Assembly (NCBI RefSeq): GCF_006345805.1
Contig: NW_021827849.1
Coordinates: 1-9,800 of the forward strand
Length of the DNA: 9,800 nt
From: Octopus sinensis
Lineage: Eukaryota
Reading direction: 5' to 3'
Both the position numbers and the translations under genes were made by a program. Below the pieces are notes generated by a model that was not told the DNA's origin, ran no database searches, and was given only the letters and a program-made list of their open reading frames with translations. Positions 1 through 7,049 of the stretch are shown piece by piece. Numbering within the stretch: the first letter of the stretch is position 1; every line of letters starts with the position of its first letter.

Positions 1-182
1 TTTCTGATGTCGTATCCATGCAATATACATAGGTCACGTGGTCACTTAGAAACACCAACCAAATAACACCCTAAGATCTATCCCCCCCAAAACAACACCC
101 TAGTTTTTTTTTTTAAAAAAAGACATATTTGGGTAAAGTTATCCGGAGTACTCAATTCCTGAAAAAAGAATAAATTGTGGAA

Positions 183-436
183 TACTCTTTACTCTTTTTT
201 ACTCTTTTACTTGTTTCAGTCATGTGACTGTGGCCATGCTGGAGCACCGCCTTTAGTCGAGCAAATCGACCCCAGGACTTATTCTTTGTAAGCCTAGTAC
301 TTATTCTATCGATCTCTTTTTGCCGGACCGCTAAGTTACGGGGACGTAAACACACCAGCATCGGTTGTCAAGCGATGTTGGGGGAGACAAACACAAACAC
401 ACAAACATATACACACACATACACACACACACACAC

Positions 437-467
<31 letters not shown>

Positions 468-657
468 CACATACATACATACATACACATATATACAACG
501 GGCTTCTTTCAGTTTCCGTCTACCAAATCCACTCACAAGGCTTTGGTCGGTCCGAGGCTACAGTAGAAGACACTTGCCCAAGGTGCCACGCAGTGGGAAT
601 GAACCCGGAACCTTGCGGTTGGTAAGCGAGCTACTTACCACACGGCCACTCCTGCGT
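183..657 (-). mobile_element. tRNA-derived SINE (octopus OR/OK-type family; exact family unverified) with internal CA/TA microsatellite
   Basis: The minus strand starts CGCAGGAGTGGCCGTGTGGTAAG (A-box-like) and GGTTCCGGGTTCATTCCC (B-box-like). It ends GGCGGTGCTCCAGCATGGCCACAGTC...TGACTGAAACAAG followed by short TAAAAGAG-type tail repeats. It is homologous along its length to 7929-8520. Confidence 0.9.
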
Positions 658-659
658 CT

Positions 660-997
660 ATGGGGATAATTTTTACGTCTTCGCTCACTCTGATCATACA
701 CCTAGTCCAGTGGTTTTCAACCAGGGTTCCGCCAGTACAGTCCAGGGGTTCCGCAAGAAGTTACAAAACTGCTAAAATCGGCAGTAATTTTTAATTCTCC
801 TGTGCAGATATGTGTGCATAAGACTATTAAATTATTGCACAGGGGTTCCCCGAGCCAGTGGAATGTTTTCTTGGGATTCCGTTCCAGCGGTTGAAAAGCA
901 CTGACCTAGTCGATCAAGACTGACTTTGTCTTAAACAGCCGTAACAACGACAACAACAGTAAGAGGAATCATTTTCAAGCTGACATTTTGAAACCGG
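660..997. repeat. Unclassified interspersed repeat 'A' (host of the hAT MITE); inverted copy at 3381-3498
   Basis: After removing the MITE, CTCTGATCATACACCTAGT-..ATCAAGACTGACTTTGTCTTAAACAGCCGTAACAAC...TTTTCAAGCTGACATTT aligns with the reverse complement of 3381-3498. Confidence 0.85.
708..903. mobile_element. 196-bp non-autonomous hAT (Charlie-like) MITE
   Basis: TIRs CAGTGGTTTTCAACC (708-722) and GGTTGAAAAGCACTG (889-903) match at 14/15. A perfect 8-bp TSD, ACCTAGTC, lies at 700-707 and 904-911. The 8-bp TSD with a central CTAG and CAGTG ends are hAT/Charlie hallmarks. Confidence 0.92.
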
Positions 998-1388
998 TCT
1001 GCTTGTTATTAAAATCAGCTCATATACGTTTGGAAGAAAACCAAAGTTTACCTGAATATATTTCTCCACAGCAATTCATTTTCTATATGCACTGACATTT
1101 CTCCGAGTCCATAGATGTATTGGAGGTTGAGAAAGAATAAAAAAAATCGGAGGTGGGGTGTCTAATTTATTAAAATTTGTATGGATGTGTTCATTTATTA
1201 ATATATCAAAGTGCCTATTGTTCTCACTGGTATTTACGTTTTTTGTTTTGGTACTTTCAGAATACATATTCGTCATCTTTATTGTGTTCGTATGTATGTT
1301 AAAGTGCAGTGGGAAATTTCTACAATTGTTAACTCGTCTCGTAAATGTCACTGGCTGCATACAAAAACGCTTCTCTCGGCAACGGCGT

Positions 1389-1520
1389 ACGTGTATGCAT
1401 GTATGTCTGCATGTATGTATGTATGTATGTATGTATGTATGTATGTATGTATGTATGTATGTATGTACGTATGTATGTATGTATGTGTATAACTGAATCT
1501 GTATATGTATATATGTGTGT
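1389..1520. repeat. (TATG)n microsatellite
   Basis: Direct reading of the sequence; explains the MYVC/HTYI ORFs. Confidence 0.95.
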
Positions 1521-1675
1521 GGAGAATTCACAAAAAAAAAGAAAGAAAACTGTTGGTGTAGACAACAAACAGATGTATTAGTATAACGCCCAGGAAGTGA
1601 AAAAGTCTTTAACGTTTCGAGCCTACGCTCTTCCAAAGAAAGAAACACAGAAAGAAAATAAAGAGAGAAAATAAA
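1521..1675. repeat. Unclassified interspersed repeat 'B', copy 1 (possibly a Penelope-like terminal fragment)
   Basis: GGAGAATTCACAAAAAAA...GAAGTGAAAAAGTCTTTAACGTTTCGAGCCTACGCTCTTCCA...GAGAGAAAATAA recurs in the same orientation at 3192-3350. The Penelope link rests only on a GAAGAG..CTCGAAACGTT motif on the minus strand and is weak. Confidence 0.8.
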
Positions 1676-1680
1676 TACAT

Positions 1681-1703
1681 TCATATACATACAAATACAT
1701 ATT

Positions 1704-1739
<36 letters not shown>

Positions 1740-1788
1740 TATATACATATACATACATACATACGTACACTATATATATAATATATAG

Positions 1789-1830
<42 letters not shown>
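1681..1830. repeat. Compound (TACA)/(TA)n microsatellite, left flank of the mariner
   Basis: Direct reading of the sequence. Confidence 0.95.
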
Positions 1831-3082
1831 CGAGAGGGCGTTCAATAAGTAATGCCCCTGACCCACTTGCAGTTGTTTGATCTAGCTGAAATTTTGCATG
1901 TGCATTATTAATACGTCTATAGATTAAGTGCCGAATTACAGCTCTGAATAATTGTGGTTTCTGATTTACAGGTGTTTGAACTGAGTCAAGTGTGAAATGG
2001 ATCCTGTTGAGTGTCGAGCAGTGATCTGGTTTTTGTATTTGAAAGGACGCACACCACGGGAGACTTTGATGAAATGAAAGTAACTTATGGTGATGATACC
2101 CCATCATATGACCTTGTAAAACGCTGGCATTGTGAATTCAAACATAGTCGGAACTCTGGAAACAGCTCCCAGATCTGGTCGCCCTTTCTGCGTTGATGAG
2201 ACGTCTGTCCGTCAAGTTGAGGCTGCAATTTTGGAAGGTCAACGCATAACTATTCGCCAAATAGCCCATAAGGTCAAGATTAGTACCGGTCGGTGGAAAC
2301 TATCATTCATGACCATTTGCATATGCAAAAGGTGTCTGCCAGATGGATTCCAGGCTGCTCACACCTTTCCAGGAGCAAGAACGCGTTGAGTGCTCGAGGA
2401 TGAATTTGGAGATGTGCCAAGAAGATGAGTCAAAATTTTTCAAAAGACTTATCACACAGGATAAAACCTGGGTCCATCACTATGATCCATAGACCAAAGC
2501 CCAGCCAATGCAGTGAAAGCACCGTGACTCACCTCCTCCAAAGAAGGCAAGGGTGCAGCCCTCCGCTGAAAGGTTATGCTCACAGTCTTCTGGGACAGGA
2601 CGGAGTAATGATGACAGATTTCCTGGCAAAGGGTACCACAATTACAGGAGCCTATTAGCTTCACTTTTGAGGAAATTAAGAGAAGCTATCAAAATCAAGA
2701 GGGCGGGCAAGATCAGCAAAGGCATCCTCTTCCTGCAGGACAACGCTCCGGTCCACAACTCGCTTGTCGCCAGATCAGAGCACAGGCGTGCAGCTATGAA
2801 CTCCTCCCCTTGCACCCTCTGATTTTCACCTCTTCCCAGCCATGAAGTTGATTTTGAAAGGAAAGCGTTTCCCAGATGATGCAGCCTTGATTTCTGAAGT
2901 CACGTCGTGGTTGGAGGACCAAGCTGGGGTCTTCTACAAAAACGGTCTCCAGAGCTGTATCAAACATGGGAGAAATGCATAACTCTGGGTAGTTCCTATG
3001 TAGGAAAAGACTAAAACTGTGCCAAGTGTCGTTGCTCTACTGCTATGGGAAGTGGGTCAGGGGCATTACTTATTGAACGCCC

Positions 3083-3086
<4 letters not shown>
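1831..3086 (+). mobile_element. Full-length (~1.26 kb) mariner DNA transposon, non-functional
   Basis: ~38-bp TIRs: CGAGAGGGCGTTCAATAAGTAATGCCCCTGACCCACTT (1831-1868) and the reverse complement of ~3050-3086 (TGAGGGGCGTTCAATAAGTAATGCCCCTGACCCACTT). TA flanks both ends and a transposase remnant lies inside. Confidence 0.97.
1997..3014 (+). pseudogene. Mariner (DD34D-type) transposase pseudogene
   Basis: Reading across frameshifts gives MDPVECRAVIWFLYLKG..., APRSGRP, RITIRQIA, ARWIP/RLL (WVPHEL-like), LITQDKTWVHHYDP, TVFWDRDGV, FLQDNAPVH, LAPSDFHLFP and WEKCITLGSSYVGKD*. There are several frameshifts, in-frame TAG and TGA near 2490-2520, and the HPPYSPD part of the YSPDLAPSD motif is missing at ~2805. 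Confidence 0.93.
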
Positions 3087-3124
<38 letters not shown>

Positions 3125-3190
3125 CTATATATATAGATATATATATATATATATATATATATCTATATATATATATATATATCATATATA
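3087..3190. repeat. (TA)n microsatellite, right flank of the mariner
   Basis: Direct reading of the sequence. Confidence 0.95.
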
Positions 3191-3191
3191 A

Positions 3192-3350
3192 GGAGAATTC
3201 ACAAAAAAAAACAACAGACGAAGACTGGTGGTGTAAACAACAAACAGATGTATTAGTATATAACGCTCGGGAAGTGAAAAAGTCTTTAACGTTTCGAGCC
3301 TACGCTCTTCCACAGAAAGGAACACTGAAAGAAACAGGAGAGAAAATAAC
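3192..3350. repeat. Unclassified interspersed repeat 'B', copy 2
   Basis: Direct, diverged copy of 1521-1675. Confidence 0.8.
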
Positions 3351-3380
3351 GAATGTGTAGTGTCTAGCGATCTAACATGG

Positions 3381-3498
3381 CGGTCTAAATGTCAGCTTGA
3401 AAATTACTCCTTATGCTGTTATTGTTGTTACGACTGTTTAAGACCAAGTCAGTCCTGATTAACTAGGTGTATGATCAGAGTAAAATTATCTCCATTCC
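3381..3498. repeat. Unclassified repeat 'A', inverted copy without the hAT insertion
   Basis: Reverse complement of 660-997 with a single ACCTAGTT target site (AACTAGGT at 3461-3468). Confidence 0.85.
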
Positions 3499-3517
3499 GC
3501 TATTTATTCTTTTTCAG

Positions 3518-3558
<41 letters not shown>

Positions 3559-3566
3559 CATACATA

Positions 3567-3789
3567 CTGTAATCACTCGACTATCGCGGGTGTTATGTTC
3601 CAAAAACGTCCGCGATAGGTGAATATCCGCGAAGTAGAGGCAGTACTAGACTGTATATTTTTCATCGATATTTTTATCATTTTATATATCTATTTTATTA
3701 TAAATGCAAAACAATACCACAGAAGAATCGATGTAAGCTTAAATAATAAACCGCGATATGTGAACCGCGATATGGCGATGAATTACTGT
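3567..3789. mobile_element. ~223-bp Tc1/mariner-superfamily (pogo/Tigger-like) MITE
   Basis: Imperfect ~24-bp TIRs CTGTAATCACTCGACTATCGCGG (3567-3589) and CCGCGATATGGCGATGAATTACTG (3766-3789), TA on both sides, AT-rich non-coding interior. Confidence 0.8.
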
Positions 3790-3964
3790 ATGTATATATA
3801 TAATATATATATATATATATTATATATATATATATCTATATTATAAGGCAAAAGAAAAGAATGTCTATGCGAATATGCTGAGAAATAGACTTAAATCGTC
3901 AATCAGAAATAGACTTCAAATCGTAAAACGTGTTGAAAGCTAGCTAACAGAATTTGGTGTGTGT

Positions 3965-4018
<54 letters not shown>

Positions 4019-4097
4019 ATACAATGAAGGCGCGTGAGAGAAATATGGTGGACGGTTGATGATTACGTCGGAGTTTCACCGATGGTGGTTTTTCAGA

Positions 4098-4173
4098 CTC
4101 TATTCATAACTTTTTACTGTCGCACATTTAGAGTTCTCTATTCATAACTTTTTACTGTCGCACATTTAGAGTT
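4098..4173. repeat. Perfect 2 x 38-bp tandem duplication
   Basis: CTCTATTCATAACTTTTTACTGTCGCACATTTAGAGTT at 4098-4135 and again at 4136-4173. Confidence 0.97.
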
Positions 4174-4293
4174 CTTTGTGTCATTAATGATTGTGGTTTT
4201 TATTTATTTAAAATCATTTATTGAATCATAATTACATATTTATGATATGCGTGTACATATATGTATATATATATATGTATATGTATGTGTGTA

Positions 4294-4670
4294 TCTAGAA
4301 AAACGACGACGCCGTGGTGATCTCATTCTTGCTCACAACATCATAAGCGGAAAGTGTAACCTCTCGAAAGAGCTGTTCTTCACTCCTGCTCCAGAGCGTC
4401 GGCTGCGGAGTCACTCCGAAAAGCCCTATCTGCGACGATTTCATCTCAATCGAAAGAGAGGGGCTTTCTCCGTCCGGGTTGCGGGTCCGTGGAATAAGCT
4501 GCCGGACGAGATAGTGAAGATGCCGACGACCGCTCGGTTCAAATTCTCTCTTGACCAGAAATGGCCTGAACTCTTTGCATGAACACCCTCCCTGTACATA
4601 CCTCCATGTCCCCCTACATGGCCTTGCTTTTTGCTTTTTGAGCCAAAAAATTATCTTAACTTAACTTAAC
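4294..4670 (+). mobile_element. 5'-truncated CR1/L2-type non-LTR retrotransposon (C-terminus of ORF2, 3' UTR and tail)
   Basis: The open frame LEKRRRRGDLI...LRSHSEK...FSVRVAGPWNKLP...FKFSLDQKWPELFA* (stop at 4582) matches the RRxRGDLI / LRGH / RVVxxWNxLP / FKxxLD C-terminal pattern of CR1/L2 ORF2. A (CTTAA)n tail lies at ~4655-4670, with candidate TSD TATGTGTGTA at 4284-4293 and 4671-4680. Confidence 0.88.
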
Positions 4671-4758
4671 TATGTGTGTAATTGTTTATACACACACATC
4701 TATCTCTGCCTGTCTAGTTAAGCTGTCTGTTTATCTAACTCCCACTCCCTCTCTCTAT

Positions 4759-4761
<3 letters not shown>

Positions 4762-4796
<35 letters not shown>
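4762..4796. repeat. (CT)n microsatellite
   Basis: Direct reading of the sequence. Confidence 0.95.
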
Positions 4797-4798
<2 letters not shown>

Positions 4799-5002
4799 CT
4801 ATCTATCTTTCTTTTTTTCTGTCTTTCTATCTTTTTAGTAAGCCCAATACCTTAACATCGTTTGACCTTATCAATACTGCTTGCTGCCTTTTTCGTCAAC
4901 ATTCTCCAAATTCTTGGATTCTTGAGTTCGTTGCAATAATACGAAGAGCAGAATGCACTGTAACAAGAGATTAAGCCTTATGTCACAATTTCGTGTATTC
5001 TT

Positions 5003-5700
5003 TCACTCACTCACTCACTCATTCACTCACTCACTCACTCACTCACTCACTCACTCACTCACTCACATATTCACTCACTCATTTACTCACTCGCTCACTC
5101 GATCATTCACTCATTCACTCACTCACTCACTCACTCCCTCACGCACTCACCCACTCACTCACTCATTCACTCACTCATTCACGCACGCACTCACTTACTT
5201 ACTCACTCTCTCACTCACTCACTCACTCTCTCACTCACTCCCTCACGCACTCACCCACTCACTCACTCATTCACTCACTCATTCACGCACGCACTCACTT
5301 ACTCACTCACTCACTCACTCACTCACTCACTCATTCACTCACTCACGCACTCACTCTCTCACTCACCCACTCGCTCGCCCGCTCATTCACTCACTCACTC
5401 ACTCACATATTCTCTCACTCATTCACTCACTCACTAACGCACTCGCTCGCTCGCTCATTCACTCACTCACTCACTCACTCATTCTCTCACTTACTCACTC
5501 ACTCTCTCACTCACTTACTCACTCTCTCACTCACTCCCGCACTCACTCACTCACCCGCTCGCTCGCTCACTCACTCAACTACTCACTCACTCATTCACTC
5601 TCTCGCTCGCTCACTCACTCTCTCACTCTCTCACTCATTCACTCACTCACTCACTCACTTACTCACCTACTCACTCATCCTCTCTCTCATTCACTCTCAC
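5003..5700. repeat. ~700-bp degenerate (TCAC)n tetranucleotide array
   Basis: Direct reading; variants include TCAT, TCGC, TCTC and ACGC. It accounts for the HSLT-repeat ORFs. Confidence 0.97.
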
Positions 5701-5767
5701 TAACTTCCCTTCAATTTAAACATCTATCTTTTCTTACCTTCCCTCTCACCCTTGTCTCCCCTCCCTT

Positions 5768-5798
<31 letters not shown>

Positions 5799-5824
5799 GT
5801 AATTCCTTATTTTTTCTCTCTCAG
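5698..5824 (+). promoter_or_regulatory. Candidate branch point, long polypyrimidine tract and 3' splice site
   Basis: CACTAAC at 5698-5704 (branch A at 5703), no AG dinucleotide from 5705 to 5822, a pyrimidine-rich tract, then ...TTTTTTCTCTCTCAG ending at 5824. Confidence 0.7.
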
Positions 5825-6144
5825 ACAACAGTTATTTAATTCCTTATTTGCTCGTTCGCTGCACGAAAATATGATAAGTTGGCTGTCATTTTCCAGCTCT
5901 TTATTTATACTGCAACAACAAACTGTCAACAACAACAACAACAACAAAAGTAAAATAACCGCGTACGACGCATACTTATGCACCTTCTCGCTTCTCCTCC
6001 ACCCCGCCACTTCAACCAAACATCTTCAAAGTTCACGAAACTTCGACAGAGAACAACAATTGTGAAACGTACGATAAACTTCAACAAATGTTCCGTAATG
6101 TCAACATCTGTCAAATAAACATCACTGACGCTTTGACATACCAG

Positions 6145-6213
6145 CACTACCGCCACCACCACCACCACCATCATCACCACCGCTGCCACCACCACCACCA
6201 TCACCACCATCAC
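6145..6213. repeat. (CAC)n trinucleotide repeat in the putative 5' leader
   Basis: Direct reading; a short (CAA)n also lies at 5926-5946. Confidence 0.9.
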
Positions 6214-6375
6214 TAATGTCTACAAATTACACAGCACGTTGTCTTAGGTCAACGATATGCAACAAATCTTTAAGAAAAAATTGTCAATAAATGTCAAATA
6301 GTTGACCATTACCACCAGCAACCTACAAGAAAAATCTGTCAACAGATATAAGCAAGTGTTACAGCAGAAGCTGTC

Positions 6376-6642
6376 ATGATGCAGGCATGGTCGATCGTTT
6401 GGTTTAAGAAGTTCCCCCGACCTAGCTCTCCGTCGGTTACGACGACGAGCGCTCCAGTTGAAACTATCAAGGGACAGCCTGCTCGTGAAATTAACGTGCA
6501 AGTGGCTGAGTACTCCACAGACACGCGTACTCTTAACGTAATTCTAAGGAAGATTCAGCGTGACACAGAATGTGACAAAGCCAGCCCTTTGGATTACAGG
6601 TACTACTCACTTTTGCCAGCTGAGTATACTGGAGTAACGTGA
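6376..6642 (+). CDS. Probable first coding exon or short ORF of an unidentified protein (88 aa if unspliced)
   Basis: Non-repetitive, more GC-balanced than its flanks, with protein-like composition. There is an in-frame stop upstream (TAA 6349-6351) and the ATG has a purine at -3 (GTCATG). Possible donors are CAG|GTACTA (after 6599) and GGA|GTAACG (after 6633); AATAAA follows the stop at 6643-6648. I do not recognise the family. Confidence 0.55.
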   Translation: MMQAWSIVWFKKFPRPSSPSVTTTSAPVETIKGQPAREINVQVAEYSTDTRTLNVILRKIQRDTECDKASPLDYRYYSLLPAEYTGVT

Positions 6643-6654
6643 AATAAAATATCT

Positions 6655-6780
6655 TGCCTAAGGATAAGAAGTCCGGTTTCCCAGTTCGATTCTACGGCGC
6701 TGTACCTTGGTCTAATCTCTTCTACCTAAGCCCTCCAGACGACCAATACCTTGGGAGTATTATCTGATTGTGTGTGTGTA
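6655..6780 (+). mobile_element. Highly decayed fragment of the same SINE family as 183-657
   Basis: GGTTTCCCAGTTCGATTC...GTACCTTGG...TCTTCTAC...GACCAATACCTTGGGAGT parallels GGTTCCGGGTTCATTCCC...GCACCTTGG...TCTTCTAC...GACCAAAGCCTTGTGAGT, followed by a TG repeat. Confidence 0.6.
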
Positions 6781-6829
6781 TTCATTTGAATATCAGAACG
6801 AAATGCCCTTACGCACAAAATGACATACA

Positions 6830-7049
6830 AATATTGGTTTCTAATGTTGGCACAAAGCCAGCAATTTTTTTTGCGCGCTCGGGGTGAGGTGTGGAATCGA
6901 TTACATTGACCCTTAGTGCTTAACTTTATCGACCCCATGCAATGCGAAAGGTAAAGTCGACTCCGGCAGCACTTGAACTCAGAATGTAATGTCGAAAGAA
7001 ACACCACTAAGCATTCTGTCCGGCGCGTTAACAATTCTGCCAGCTCACC
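6830..7049 (-). mobile_element. tRNA-derived SINE of a second octopus-type family
   Basis: The minus strand reads GGTGAGCTGGCAGAATTGTTAACGCGCCGGACAGAATGCTTAG...TTCTGAGTTCAAGTGCTGCCGGAGTCGACTTTACCTTTC...GGGGTCGATAAA...AATTGCTGGCTTTGTGCCAACATTAGAAACCAATATT. It has a tRNA-like head with a GAGTTCAA B-box and resembles an abundant octopus SINE as I remember it. Confidence 0.8.

Noticed and set aside
590-657. tRNA genes at the SINE heads (also 6960-7049 and 7929-7998)
   Set aside because: A/B-box-like motifs are present but I cannot build a cloverleaf, and each continues into a SINE body and tail.
336-1866. ORFs rich in YI/CV/HT/MYVC (also 3019-3360, 3619-3846, 9022-9301)
   Set aside because: These are translations of TA, CA and TATG microsatellites and of SINE or repeat sequence.
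1997-3014. Domesticated SETMAR-like gene or active transposase
   Set aside because: Multiple frameshifts, internal stops, a deleted conserved motif, intact TIR/TA boundaries and no SET domain.
4098-4173. 38-bp direct repeat as a CRISPR array
   Set aside because: Only two copies, directly adjacent with no spacer, in eukaryotic context and with no cas genes.
4835-4990. Unique-looking segment between the (CT)n and (TCAC)n tracts as an extra exon or promoter
   Set aside because: It has a possible TTTTTAG acceptor and a CCAAT but no convincing donor or coding signal, which is not enough to call.
4953-6065. 370-aa and 236-aa HSLT-repeat ORFs
   Set aside because: A (TCAC)n array has no stop codon in any + frame and gives the same tetrapeptide in all of them, so long ORFs are automatic. 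There is no independent sign of coding.
5807-6524. Minus-strand ORFs 5807-6019, 5926-6213, 6244-6501 and 6339-6524
   Set aside because: They are low-complexity or antisense shadows of the + strand leader and ORF; the splice signals in this region point to the + strand.
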